A stretch of DNA of 64,000 bases. Source: Pelomyxa schiedti (Eukaryota; Protista; Evosea). The notes beneath the pieces are model-generated. The model was not told where the DNA came from. It ran no database searches and worked only from the letters and a program-made list of their open reading frames with translations. The stretch covers positions 1-64,000 of the forward strand of contig JAHLWZ010000452.1 of the NCBI GenBank assembly GCA_020536535.1. The letters are read 5' to 3'. Both the position numbers and the translations under genes were made by a program. This document shows positions 14,053 through 31,286 of the stretch, one piece after another. Position 1 is the stretch's first letter. The number at the start of each line of letters is the position of its first letter.

Positions 14053-15864
14053 ATGGCACCAAGTGTGGAGCACCTCATTTTTCTCATGTTCATCGATGGT
14101 TGGTTGAACCCTCCTCCTGACTCCCACAGTTATTGTTACGAGTCTATAAAGGACTGACTCGAAAAAGGTGAAGAAAGAAGATTACTGCTGGATAAGAATC
14201 TCTTCCTTGCGGAATTTTTCTTATCATATCAACAAATCACCACCCAGCACAAAGTATTTGATTTGTTGGTAAAGAGGTTTTTGATCCTCTCAATAGTTTT
14301 TCTGCTGCCTAATGTCCCTTAAAGCTTCATGGAACGGGATTCGACTGTGTCACCTACGGCTCAAGAGGAACAAACGAGGTTTGCTTCCTTCTTAGACTAA
14401 ACATATTCAACTTGTGTCAAGAATTCTTCATGCACTCAAAACGTGGCTGTCTCTTGTGCCTGAGGACTTCACAGAAAGTTCGGAACACTGTTCTTTAAAA
14501 ACCTAACCCTTTGTGGTAGACTGCCCAAATGCACTCGTTGAACTACTGAAGTGGCGCGATTGTGCTACGACTCTAATGTGCACTCCCCAAAATCGATCTG
14601 CTTCATCACACAGCATCCTTTTGCAACTGCCACAAGAAGTTCGGAGAGAAATTTGCCTTTCTATGAGGGATCTACTGGAAATATCGCTCAAATTTTCGGA
14701 ATTTTTCCTAGATTTGAAGGTGTTTATCCACCACCGCTGTGCTCACCCTCAATGGAACGCTTTTTCATCGTCAATTGCCTCTCAAATGTATATTTCTCAG
14801 TCCTTCAGTTATTCTCATTTTTTCGCAAATAGATTCCGCATCCCTCCTAAGGCTTCAGCCTTTAATCTTCCTGTACAATATGAATGTTACTCGCCCCAAG
14901 AGCCATTCTCCCAACCTCTTCTTGAACTCATGGAACCTCACGAGTGTGCCTGGCATATCACTTGTGTCACAGGAGAGATTTATCGAAGAATTCAAGTCAA
15001 AGAATTTGCACACCAGGGTTGGATGCGACCGACTAGGCAAACCGATTGTCCCCATATTACAATTATGCTGAATACTTCCAACGCAGTATGTTACAGCAGA
15101 GTTTTCTTTTCTGAGCCCCTTTCTACAAGATTTCCTACTGGGTATGCCGATATGTATTGTCAAAATCCACCATTGACCAAAGAGTCTCTGCTCTGGCAAA
15201 GGTGATTGACCTTGCAGATAATCTCTTGAAGATAAACAATGTATTTTCTTCCATGGCAGTGGTGGCTGGGGTTAACCTTGTGAGCCTACGGAGATTGAAG
15301 AAAACTTTGGCCAAGGTACTTGGTTGTGGGCAGATGTTCGTTTTGTCCTAACACTGTTTCTGAAGTTACCCAAGAAGTCACAAAAGAGAATGGAGTACCT
15401 CTTTAATCTGATAGATCCTAAATTTAGCAGCCGTTCACTTCGAAACTTTATCCGCGCTGCCAAACCTCCTTGTCTGCCATACCTGTGTAAGTACCCCCTA
15501 ACAAGTTCAAGTCATTGATGAACACCAAAACACAATCACAATGGCAAACACAACTACAACAGGTCTCTATCTCACCGACATCGTCTTCATAATGGACGGC
15601 GATCCTGATACCATAGGAACACAAGTCAACTTTGCCAAGTGCCGAATGTTCTCAACAGTAATCCGAGAAATTCTCACCTTGCAGCAAATACCCTTCACAC
15701 CCCCGCCAATGTACCAACACCCACACCACAGAAGCAGCTCCGGTAATAGTAACAGCACCAACCGTGACCTGGTGCAACAAATGTTACTCTCCACAACGCA
15801 CGGTTCTGAAGAAGAAATGTACAAACTCTCTCTGCTCCGTGAACCACGAGCCCAACACCTATAG
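14053..15864 (+). CDS. Ras guanine nucleotide exchange factor (REM + CDC25 domains); start uncertain
   Basis: FFLSYQQ REM-like segment; [42 protein letters not shown]. Confidence 0.88.
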
Positions 15865-15974
15865 ACCTCCTCTTCCTTAATGATTGGCAACCAAAAAAAA
15901 AACGAATTCCAAGGCACAAGAGTGAAAAGAGAAAAATAACAAATTACGATACAATCGTTGTGTGGATGGTTTTT

Positions 15975-18005
15975 TCACTCATAAGCGCCTGATGGTGGTA
16001 AAGTTATTTTCTTCTTGGTGCTGCCACCTATGTACGGAATTAATTTTGGGAATGGTGAATAGCATTTGAGGAATGCACACTGTGGGCCTCCCCTCCAATC
16101 ATGCTGTATACAGGGTGTGGGGCTTCTACCGTCCGGGATTTGTTTGTTGTTGTGGACTTTGCAGGCTCATATGAGGCATGGCTAGGGCGTAGAGCATCGT
16201 TGATTTGTTGAACTGTGAACTCTTCTGGTCCTCTAATCTCAAACTACATCTGAATTAATGATGGAATAATCGTGGGTGTAAACATTTTTGGCCAAGTTAA
16301 TGCCTGCAACGGAAATTTCTTTTGAGACTGTGGGTTTAACTGTAGAATAGACCATTCCTAAATTACATTAAAGAAGGTTTGGAGAGGGAACGTAGTTACT
16401 CATTTTAGCTGGTGATTTATCGGGACAACAGTAGATGAACACTAATATTATAGTTAGCCACATCGATGGAAAGCAGGCTTACGGGATTTAGGTGCTAATG
16501 CCGAAGGTGACATAAAATTGTAAAGGTAAAATCTTGGTTCTGTGGTAATAATCCGGGATCCCACTGATCCAACTGGAATTGAGCCTGTGTATGCAGCAAC
16601 AATTTCTTCTGGGTCTTCAGTCACTTGCTTTTTTTTTTTTGTTATTAGGTTACAGGATAATTCGGGTCATACAAGTTCAATGAAGTTAATTGTATTTGTC
16701 TTGTACTGTGATAATGCTGTGGTGGCACTAGAGGAAAGTGGAAGTTTCACGGTGTGATAGCCACCAATGCCATCAACCCTCACATGTTCTTCTTGCACAG
16801 GTCTAGAGGCTGATGGTGATGTCGATAATTCACCTGGGAATGTAAAAAAAAAAACCTAAAAGAGTGAACAACTGACCTGTGTTCATGTATTCAAATTTTG
16901 CTGCAAGGCCAGAAACACCTGAAGAAGTCGAGGTTGAAACACTGGAGAGAGGGGGAGCTGAAGCAAGTTGAAGTCAGTATTAAGAATGCAACGACTAGGA
17001 AACGGTAACTTGCCTGGTTTGGCAATTGCACTTGGAGCTTTTGTTGTCTTCGGAGAAGCTGGAGTGGTACTAGAGGAACCAACTGAGGGTTTCCTATCAA
17101 CGGGACTCAAAGACCGGGTTTTGTCTGACGCAGTGCCAGATGGTGAGGTGGTAGAAGTACTACTGGATCTAAGTTTTCTACTTGCAGCCTCCTCTTGTTC
17201 TCTACGAGCCTGAGCTTCCATTTCATTCTGAGATATTTGTGGTGTTTGTGAAAGGAAGATATAAGAAAAACCGCACCAATTTTTCTATTTGTTTCTCCCT
17301 TTCACTGAGGCACTTCACTGGCTTTTTGGACTCCAGATATGAGGTCCAGTTGAATTCCTGGGAAAAGAAATTACTTGAGACTCCAATATCACTCACTAAC
17401 AGCAATCTTATCAAAGCGAAAGTCGTCAATAAAACTGCCGCCAAGATTGTGTTTAAGAGGCGAAGTAGTGGCTGCATACACTAGTTTATCAGCAATCTAG
17501 GTTAGACAGCATTAGACATTGGTTTTTTTTATTAAACATTGCTCACGGGAGCCCTGTCTGGGACAAACGAGATAAAGAACCACTGCGAATCAGATTTCCG
17601 AAATAATATGTAACAAGCTTCAGTCTCAGAGACAAGTTCACGCAAAGCATTGAAGTCTACCTCAAATCGGGTTTGTTAAAATGGGAAAATAAGTAAAAAC
17701 AAGGAAATGCACACCCACCATTCTCTACAGAGTTTGTCTTCTCACGTTTTGAGTCAACATCACACGTTTCTACGCAAGACGAGAGAACCCAAATGAGCAC
17801 ACGGCGAGAAAAGGGAGGAAAAAGAGGAAAGGCTGGGAACCGTCTTTTATTCGTATCTTTATCACTCTCACTGTCCCTGTGCTTGGCTTTTGTACCTCCC
17901 ACAGATCACCCAAGCCACGAGAAACTACAAAACGCCCATGAGGTTCTTGTTTTTTTTTTTTGTGTTTGTGGTCTTCCTACTTGGTATCGCTGTAGCAGAT
18001 GACAT
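15975..18005 (-). CDS. Twinfilin-like protein (two ADF-H domains)
   Basis: EACYILFRK..WFFISFVPDRAP-DKLVYAAT; EPRFYLY..FIYCCPDKSPAKMRMVYST; C-tail KKKITLPPSGAYE. Confidence 0.8.
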
Positions 18006-18200
18006 TACTTGCCGGATGCTTGTGTACCGTCAAACGAAAAAAAAACCTTTTTTCTTCTTCCCAATTTTGCGGAGAAAAAAAACTCGTTGCTGAGTGGCGA
18101 CGGACCCAGGTTACACCGAAAAATGGGATAACGGATTATGGTAATAGTATCTTCAAACACAAAAAGCCTATACTGGGTGGACTGTTACTTTGGAATGTAC

Positions 18201-21200
18201 TCAACCCTTGGTGGGTAGGTAGGTCTTGACTATGTTCTCGAGTGAGCCTTTGCGAGCAGTCATCATACCCCGGAATTCAGGTGATTGGACAAGTGCTGTC
18301 CGCTCTGCATTTATCACTATGGAATGTTAGTTATGTGGTAGCACTGGCAGGGGTTGCTTACTCTTTAGTAGGAGCCAGTCCCGGGATTCCGGAGTGAGAG
18401 GGAATCTGGGAGATTCCGGCATGAAAGGTGGGTAAGGTGATATTCCGGCCTTGTTGGCCACGCAAATATTATAACAAGCGGTCTTGGAGGTAGCTTGATC
18501 TACTAGAGGCTCCACGACAAAAAAAGAATCTGGAGAATCTGTAAGGGAAATCCAGTAAAAAAGAAATTGTACGATTAAAATGAGATGTGAGAAGTTTGGG
18601 AGAAAACGTGTCGTTTTGATCTGCCCGCTCCTTGAAAATAATAACAATCTGAGGTATGTTAGAAGGAGAAAAACCCAAGAAAAGAAAGGAAACATACAAC
18701 ATCATTCCCGATATGTCTCTTTCTTTCAACGCGTTGCAAGTCATCAGGTTGAAAGGGAAGATATGTAGAAACCTAGTAAAATGAATGAAAACAAAGAAAT
18801 GGAGGCAATGGTCGCACATGAAACATTATTTCGTATCCTCGGAATTGTATATACACAGACTTTTTACCAGTTGTGCCAGCTAAAATGGTTAAGTCAAACA
18901 CAGATATTTGCTCAAGTATAAATTACTCTTTGCATCAAGCCCAGCACGGTATTTCTCCCAGTTGCACAGGTATACCTTGTCACCAATGAACCTGAGAAAT
19001 TCCTTGTACTGGGGTGATCCATCATGATGAACTGTAAATTGGAAAAATTGGTGGGTTCCCCTTCCCAATTTTGCTCTCGCTTACGGTTACTAAAGATTTC
19101 GTTTTCATCATGCTGGTTTGCTTTAACATAAATAATCCCAAATTTGTAAGCTTTCACTGAGCTTCGCTCTTCAAAGTTCAGTAAATCTTTAACCAGGGCA
19201 GGGGACTTCACTTTCATAATCTTCGAACTGCCACTACAGGAGAAAATACCGTAAGTTTTTTTTAGACTATTACTTGTATTTTAAAAACATTATCAGTGCA
19301 GATAAACCTCAATTTTAAAATAGAAGATGTTATGGTTTTAATAGTGTCCCGGGAGTGCACAAGATATCTGGCAGTTGTCTGAAAGACGATGAGACAAAGA
19401 AAAAAGTTGTGAAGAAATACTTTTTTGTTGAATAGAAGAACTCGCTTGGTTGTATCACGTTCTTTGTCAACATCTTGAATAGCAATGATGACAGGTGAAG
19501 TGTTATCTTCCATACAAACATACAACTCGTGTGCTATGAGGGCAATGGTGAGCTAGAATAATACATCAAAGACAATGTTACGTGATTCAGCAAAGAAAGC
19601 TTTATAAAATAAAAAGTAGCGATGGGGGTCAACAAAGCCCTGAGGATCTTGATTTTGTGTATGTGTTACAGAATTCTGATCGAATTCAATTATAAATGCG
19701 CCATTTCCTCTGCAAGTGAGATCCATGGGGGGCACTCCGTTTTTTTCGATGTTTGGTTCTGATCCCTATGGATGCATATCATTTGGTGGTCAGAGCGTGG
19801 AGATTCTTACTGTCCATGTTTCTCCTTCCTCTGTGGTGCTTGTCCAGTAGTCGGTTACAGACCCATCCCAAGGGGATGTCTCAAGTACTCTGATGTATTT
19901 GACAAGTTCATCTGTATTGTAGACCATCCTATTACGGGTGAAAAATGGCAACGGAAACTTATTGCAGACTGGTTAGGTAGATGAGGGTGTCCAGAGGGGG
20001 GTTTGGCATGTGCCTTGGTATCTGATGATGATGATTTCAACAAAAACCCTTTCAGTTTCATCTTGGAGGATGGAGCGGGTGGGGTCCCAGGTGCAGCCGC
20101 AGATGATGACATTGCACCAGAAACAAGACCCGTACCTCCCTGTATTTCCTGTGAAGATAAGTGTCTTTTTCATTAAGAGTGTAGTGTTTAAACCTTGAAC
20201 AAATTTGAGTCCTGCACGTTTTAGGAGCAGTTTAGGGAAAAAGAAGAAAAAAACTGAGTACACACGGCGGGTTGATGCTCCTCTGTGGTGGGAGTTGGTG
20301 AATTAGCACTTGTGTGAGCTGATAAAGATAGTGGGGCAGACGCATTGCTAGGGGTGGGTTCTGCAGGACTCACAGAAATTGCAGGTGTGTCTGAAGATTT
20401 GCGTGTGGGAGTGGGAGACGAGTCTGTTCTATTTTGAACAGCCTGTTCATTAGGTTTTTGAACTTTAGCTATGGGATACAATTAGATATCTCAGATTCCA
20501 GGAGATAGGTACCATCGTCATCTCGTTTAGATTGCCCAAGAACAAATCCTGATGTTGGCCTCGTCTGAAGAGTTTTTCTGGAAAGCCAGCCCTGATTTGC
20601 ATCATTTGGAGGTGGTATGCTCTCTGTGTCATCCCCAGGTGGAGCAATAAAAAGTTCGTTGTGTGGAGGTGGTATGTTTTCGGTGTTGGAAGTTTCTGAT
20701 GTTGAAGGAGGTGGTATGGGTTCGGCGTTATTTGGGGGTGGTATTGGTGTTTGCTCTGATGTGATAGGCCGAGGTGATGTTGAGGTACCAGAAGAAGTAA
20801 CTGGCTGGTTTTCTGGTGGGGTTGAAGGGTTCAGTTGAGGTTCGCCTGGTGGTGGAGTTATTTGTATAATTTCTGGTGCCTGTGAGGGAGGGAGTTGAGA
20901 GGGTATGGGAACATCTAAAGGTGGTGCAACAGAGCATTCACCGGTAGAAGGTGGAGAAGTGAGTGATGGGTCTTTTGGTGTGTCGGGTGCAGAAATTAGA
21001 TCATTTCCTTGTGGGGCTTCCTTGACATCCTCTTCACCCAAGTCAAAGTCATCAAGTCCTTCTATCTATAGGGAAAGGAAGGGAGGTTAGCAAATATACA
21101 GACTAGATGGAGCTTGCCTGGGGGAGATCAGCAAACAGGTCGTCAAGAGATTTTACTTAGAAAATGGTTAATAGTGTAGCTCAAAGCTATAGAACATACA

Positions 21201-21588
21201 AGCAGAATTCTTTTTCACAAGTTCTTCCCGGTGGTCGATTAGTTGCTTGGCATGCACAAAGTTGATGAAAAATGGCTTGTTAATAAGTAGGGGCAAGTTC
21301 ATTTCTATCAGCTGTGCTCCATTTACCCCCTAGGCCCAAAATTTCTAGTAAGCAATAATTACCCCAGCTCAAATCCCAAAAAACAAAGAAACAAGTATGT
21401 TGCCTTTCTAAGAAAAACAAAAAAAAAAAAAAAAACAAAGTAAAATGCCAAAGCACAGGCACATCACAGGCAAAACACACCGAGAACTTTTCAGCATGCT
21501 CCACAAAATGAGGCCCCAGGGACTTGACCCACGTAACCACCTGTGCCTCGCTCCACGTCCGGGGATCCCCTCCACTTGTCAATGACAT
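18201..21588 (-). CDS. Rap/Ran-GAP domain protein with N-terminal SAM domain
   Basis: DPRTWSEAQVVTWV (SAM); YKFGIIYVKANQHDENEIFSN, ERKRHIGNDVV, SPYPP, INAERTA. Confidence 0.9.
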
Positions 21589-21957
21589 GTTGTTGTTGTG
21601 GTTTGCTACTGCTGTGTGTTAGTGCCTGGTGTGGTGTTGATGATATGATTGGTGCTCTTGGTGGGCGCCTTTTCCAGAAAGGATTGTGGGTCTCAGTCTC
21701 CCCTGGTCTCTTTTGCCAATTGCTCCTCCCTAAGGGGCCTTTGGTTGTCGAGAGCGTCGGGGTGTTATTTCGCTTTTTAATTTTGTTTTTTCCTTCCTGC
21801 CCCAAAGACTTTGTGTTTTCAAAACGAGAAAAACGAGAACGTCTCGAAAATCATTTTATTGTATTCAGATGGGTGCAGTGAGTGAAACTTATTTTGCCAT
21901 GAGTGTGGATTATTTGAAGAGTGTTTGTTTATGTAGTGTATTTACTCTTGTGCTAGT

Positions 21958-25396
<3,439 letters not shown>

Positions 25397-25518
25397 CCTC
25401 GGTGCGCTTGGTTTGTTTTTGGTTTGTTTTTGTGAAATCCCATGGAAGCAACGAGGAAACGGAATTGATTGAAGTAATTCTATGCACAAAATAAAAGGGG
25501 GGGTTGGGCCTCCCTCCT

Positions 25519-26960
25519 TCAGTCAGAGAGCTTGTAGGCAGCACCGGAAAAGGGGGTGAACGAAGGAGTGGGTTGGGATTCGGTGTCCGGTTCTGGTTTG
25601 ACTTCTTCTTGATCGGGGTGCTGTGCTGTGGGTGCAACGTAGGCGACTTCTCCTGTCAGCTTTCTTGCGGTACTGTAAAGAATTAATGCTGTGCACAGAA
25701 ATAATGTGTTTAGCACACCCTGTGAACACTAAAGGCTTACTGTTGCGGTAAGAGTCGGCGGATGCTCGGAGTGGTATTCCCCTCCCTGCGTACGCCCCTA
25801 CAGCAACTGGTGCAGACTGGCGCAAATTGTCAGTGGAACCTATTGGCTTCCCGTTCAGACGGACGGCGGAGCCTGAGAAAGGAATGAACTTTGGTGTTGA
25901 GGTTTCGGTAGTATTTGTCGTGGGGGTATCTTCTGTGTGTAGAGTTTCCAAAACTTCCTCGGTTGTGGAGGTTGTGTTGCTTGATGGTGATGCTGAGGTG
26001 GTTGTTGAAGGTGAAGTCGCGGTAGTGGTTGATGGAGTGGTTGCAGGGTGTGGAAGTGCTGGAGGAGTGGATGAGACCGATGGACGAGGTAGTGCCGAAG
26101 TTTGACTCTGTAAAAAAGGTTATAATGGGAAGATGATATCATGCAAAAGAAAAAAAAAAAAAAACCAGAGGTTCATCAAACTCAATTGATACATCTGTCT
26201 CAACAACAGACACGGCGGAAGCCGGCTTTAATTCACGTACACATACAAGATAGGTTTTATTTCCAAACTTGATAGGTATTTGATCCCCCACAGACAGAGC
26301 CGAAAAGTTTCGAAGGGCTTTTTCTAATCTGAAAATGTTATCATGAGCAAGAAAGAAAGGGCATATACATCACTCTTGGGTTTGTTACTTGTAAAAAATC
26401 ATCAGAGAAGGGTTGAAGTTTGCAAAAAGTGGCGGGATAAAGAAATGCAGATGTTATGAATACAACATCTGAACCCTCAACAAGTGCAAGTTGTTCTTTT
26501 AGCTGATGAAACTGAGGATATAAATGAGCATGAGGAAAACACACCCATTCCGGGAGGTAACATCTGAAAGAAAGAGAAATTAAAAAAAAAATAAACCTCA
26601 GATCAAATGGCAAACCTTCCCTCTTCTGCCGTGAATTCAAGAACCCCAGCATGGGTAGTTAGGTGGGGGTATCTCGGATTAGTCAATTTGAACTGCATAG
26701 GGTATTGTATACGCAAACGAACTAGTAAATGTATTGAGAATAGGGAGAGCAAATGCACTCAAATTTACTAAGAGTCTCCAGTGCACTAGGAGGTAAAATA
26801 ACTGGTTTCCAATATTAGTGGCAAATCAATGAATCGACGCAATACTCTTTCCGCCATAAGTGATTTCCACAGAGTCGCATTTCGTTGCTATTTGGTACAC
26901 TCGCAGGTACTGGTTGTACGCCGTCGGTGTCTGCATGAACAGTCCTCTGAACCACGACAT
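25519..26960 (-). CDS. UFD1: UFD1 (ubiquitin fusion degradation) family protein
   Basis: YGGK-ILPPSALE, PMQFKLTN..THAGVLEFTAEEG-RCYLPEW, KLQPFSDDFL..NPRV-LEKALRNFSALSVGD; SHP boxes FIPFSGSAVRL and FTPFSGAAYKL. Confidence 0.88.
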
Positions 26961-27134
26961 CTGACCAGAACCAGATCTTGTTGTATATCCTTATGCGTGT
27001 TGCTTTCACGTCGCCGTAGCCGTCGCCGTACGAGCAATTACCGCTACTGTACTCCACACCAAATGTTAGTGGATCTGTCTAGTCACACACTTGCCACACT
27101 AAGAGTCTGTTGACACTGTTTTCATCTAAGCATT

Positions 27135-28896
27135 ATGGGGTGTGCGGGGAGTCTCTGCAATCTTATGACTCTTAATGGCACTCTTGGGGCTCCAATCGAT
27201 CAACTTGGGATTTCGCAGTAGAGACTAAAAAGGGGCAGGACTTGGAGATGACCGCGTGTCCTGTAGCTGTTCGGCGAGGCGCAACAGAGGCAATTAGTGG
27301 AAGCACTATCGCGAGAGGTAGTATTGTTACTGTTGCTTTGGGCGTTTCTCTTACGAGTGGCTGAAGGTTAGAGGACCGCCACTACTGGACAACATCGTGC
27401 TGAAGGGGCAAGCTGGGATCGGTGGCTTCTCCAAGGTGTGTGCTCCCAGCACAGTGGATTTTTGTTATTGGAGGTATTCGTGTGACATCGAAACAAAAGG
27501 TGAAGACAGGGACGTGGGTGGTGCAGGGAAATCACATCCCGGTGGCTTGTAAGATGTTTAATGCGAGTGATGTTGAGGAATTCAAAAACGAAGTAAGAGT
27601 GAATTGCTCTCTGAAATTACCACCTATCCATGAAAACATAATACAGTTCTATGGTATCCAATGAGTTATGGGTAAGTTGTTATCCTAATTACTCCTCCTA
27701 AAAAAAGGTATCTGCTCCCTTAGTAACCGCTTAGTTCTCGTTATGGAACATGCACACACAACACTCCCCAGTGTCGTCCGTCAGCCAACCACTGCAGTAG
27801 ACTATATCGACTTCTGCTTGGTATTTTCTTTTTACCATCTTCCATTAACGAAACCAACAGCAAATAGCTAAAGGGATGAGACACATTGTATCAAGGAGAG
27901 TGATACATAGGTAGTATATTAATAAATGTAATATATTATACTACCTACGTGTGTAGTTATTACACTAAATACCACCAGAGATTTGTGCAGTAAAAATATT
28001 CTTGTTTTCATCGGACAAGACTGTGCAATGTGTTTGAAGGTTCTTTTTCATTTTATGTTTTTTGGGACTGCCTTACAGTTGGCAGATCAATGATATCCTT
28101 GAGTCATCATTTTTTTTTCTCTGTGCATCCTTAACTGTAAACACATTTTGGGCTCTCTATACATTACGATGAGTACGTTAGCAGGACTGGCCCTAATCGC
28201 CTTCTAAAGCAACTGCCATATCAAAACCAAGTCAATCCCTTCTATACCCCGTTTGAATGCTTGAAAAATTTAAATGCCATTACACTCGCCTACGATGTTT
28301 GGAGGTACAGCTGCTCTTTCTAAACTCATTAGTGCATGTCTAACAAAAAAAAGTTATGGAATTGTTGTATGGGAGGTTTGAAAAGCTTCCTCATATCCCG
28401 CCTACTTCTAGTTTTCAGATGTACTCACGGATGACAACTCCCTTTGGAGGTATCAAGAGTGATTTTAGTGCGGTACACGACTTTTTGCAAGAGAGCAACC
28501 TACCGCAACCTGAAACTATGCCTAATTCAATCTATGAGCTGTGCCTAGATGTATGTGGTTGCTTAATCTTGACCATAAGTAACTCAATTTGCAAATAGTG
28601 CTGGAAAAGGAACCCACTGGAAAGGTAACCTCCAACAAATAGAAGATGGCACTAATAAGCTTTCCAACAACACAGGCCTACGTTTGATGAAATTACTCTC
28701 CGGCTTGGTCATATTGTTGTACTTCCAAGATACACTCCACACACACAAAGTCAACCCAATCACTACATAACCAGTGGCCTTGATGTCACCGGCTCCCCAC
28801 TGCAACCTTGCAACCCACAATGCTATATTGAGCCCATTGAAGGCCTTCCACTCAAAATCACCCTCAAACCTCTGCCTGATTTCTCAAACCCGTGAA
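27135..28896 (+). CDS. Tyrosine-kinase-like (TKL) protein kinase, N-terminal MGC lipidation motif
   Basis: GIGGFSK, VACK, HENIIQFYG, HRDLCSKNILV, INDFGLS (after AT-AC splicing), YDVWSYG, CWKRNPLERPTF. Confidence 0.85.
28093..28144 (+). other. U12-type AT-AC intron
   Basis: 5' ATATCCTT, branch site TCCTTAAC at 28128-28135, 3' CAC; removal restores D-F-G. Confidence 0.9.
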
Positions 28897-29203
28897 CACT
28901 GGAAATGACCTTTGTCCTTTTTTTTTATTGCGGCTTTCCGTGGGGGTTCAAGTCTGTCGTAACATCAGCGAGGCTGTGACATCCTGGAGTTGGCCTTCCG
29001 GATATGGTAATAACCGCCGTTGATCAGACGAAACGAAATGCAAGCGATCCCTTTCTGGAACCAATTGCATCGGCGATCAAACGAAAAAGAACCGAAAATA
29101 CTGAGACTCTCAAAAAGGGGAACGGAAAGAAAAACAGAACACAAAAAAAAAACCCAAAACACCTCACCACACCAACACCCAACGACAAACGATAACCTGA
29201 CCA

Positions 29204-31110
29204 ATGGTACTAACAACAGTCGTTGGCGGTGTTCTGGTCATAGGCGACGCTTCTGATGCCATGAGGAATACTCGGCGTGCCGGCAAGTTACTCTGCGTCG
29301 ACAGCGACGCCGAAGTCGTTGCTACCGCCCACCACGGCCTCCGCACGATGCGGGTTCCCATAATGATTGCCCCGACCCGGCGGCGCGCCCGCTCCTGCCC
29401 CCGGCGCCCGTCCCAGCACCCCGACGCCGCCGCCAACCAGCAGCCCGGTGCAACCCAAATCCCTTCTTCGCCGACGATCGTGCACAATCCGTCACCCAAA
29501 AGCGCCCGGCACGCCGACCCCGAGAGGCCCCGCGCCCGCGACGCCGCCGACGCCAGCGGCACCACCAAGGTGGCCGTCAACGCCCTTCTTGAGACCGACA
29601 ACATCCACGACAGCCACAGCGAGGAAGATGATTTCGCCGAGTCGCTGACCAAGTGCTTCGACTTTGTGAACGACAACAACGGCATCAGCAACAGCAACAG
29701 CAGCAGCAATGCAAGTAGCAACAACAACTCTCTGCCCGTTGCTGCGGCCAACACTGGTGGATGGGTGGCAAACGAATCCGTTGCGAACCAGGATACGCTG
29801 ATGAAGCAGAGCACGGTGGTATACTGCGCTACGGGCAACAACCAGAGCGTGGTGATGGCAATTGCTTACCTCGTTGCCTTCTGCGGAATGTCACTTATGT
29901 CCGCGGCGTCTTTTATGAAGAGGTCGCGGCCAAGTGCGGCGCCGGCTGAATACTACTTGCAGCAGGTTCTTGGACTACGTCTACTTTGCGTTTTGTTATT
30001 GTCATATGCTTTTTGGTTATAAGTTTTGTTTGGATGTGTAAGTTGAGTTTGCTGTGGCAAAAAGTGAAGTACTGACTCTTTGTTTCCCTGCAGCTTCTGG
30101 GATTCGAAAAGTCTCTCCTACAGAGGTCTTCTGCTACACTAGAGTCACTTGTAAATATATTCCGCAGCAGCCACGAAAATTGTGCCGAGATGGAGGCTAT
30201 GCATATTCCAAATGTACAGGCAAAGAGCAATAACAACATCATTGACATTCTCGGCGAGTTGACTGCTGATGAGATAGCAAACCTGAACAGTGAGAACTAC
30301 CTGCGCCTGGGTGTACCCCCACAGCCCGTTCAGGGCCTGCTATCCCCAGGAAAAGGAGGCTCCCCACAGACACAGCTGCGGTACCAGCAAGTAAGGCTCC
30401 CCTCGCTTAAAATCGGATGCCCCAGGATACTTTCCCCCTCCCCATCGCCGCCCCAGTCACCCCCCTCGACCCCTCCCCAATTCGGGGATGGGCTCTACCC
30501 TACCTCCCCACACGCTCCCGCCCTGCTGCTCTCAACCACCCCGCCGCCGCCCAATTTCCTATACCCGCCGCCTCCCTACACCCCGGCGCTGACACCACCC
30601 CCGCCGCCGCCGTCGCCGTCGCCCGCGCTCTCGCTGCTGAGCCTGGTCCTGCCCCCGGCCCGCACCCCGCCCCCGCACTCGCCGCTCCTGGCGCAGAGCC
30701 CCGCCGAGCCCCCGCGCGCCCGCGCCAGCTCTGTGCCTCCGCCGATGAGGCTCACACCCCGAGAGAACCGCATCTCCCCGCCGTTCCCGCCCTCCAGCTC
30801 CGCCTCGGGCTCCCACGTCTCCGCCCTGCCTCCACTCGCCCCTCTCACTCCCCGTGCAGCGATCACGACAACTACCACCGCAACAACCAACAACAACAAC
30901 AGCAACGTGAGGCCCCCTACGCCCATGTACCCGCCTGCTCCGCCTCCTCCTCCTGCTCGCCTAACCTCCTTGTTTGTGCTGAATCCTGGGCTTGTCACTG
31001 TTAAGCGCCACGCGGCCTCATCCCCTGGTGATACCAACCGCGGCAACACAATTCCGGGGACTGGGGGGTCTCTGAGCAGAAGCAACAAGAGCAAATCTTT
31101 CTGGTATTGA
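29204..31110 (+). CDS. Dual-specificity phosphatase-like protein (probable pseudophosphatase) with Pro-rich tail
   Basis: CFDFV, STVVYCATGNNQSVVMAIAYLV..MSLMSAASFMKRSRP..P..YLQQLLGFE. Confidence 0.75.
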
Positions 31111-31286
31111 GTGAGCACCAGATTGAACTGTAAATGTACCTGTGATATAGCCACAAGCAAAGGAGTCAAGTCAACTTTGCAAACCCACAAAAAAAAAAAA
31201 AAACCAGTTCCCTTGCCAAAAAGAAAGAAGAAAAGAAAATTGTTTATTGTTGTATCTTTCCTTTTCTTTCAGTACCAGTATTAGGT

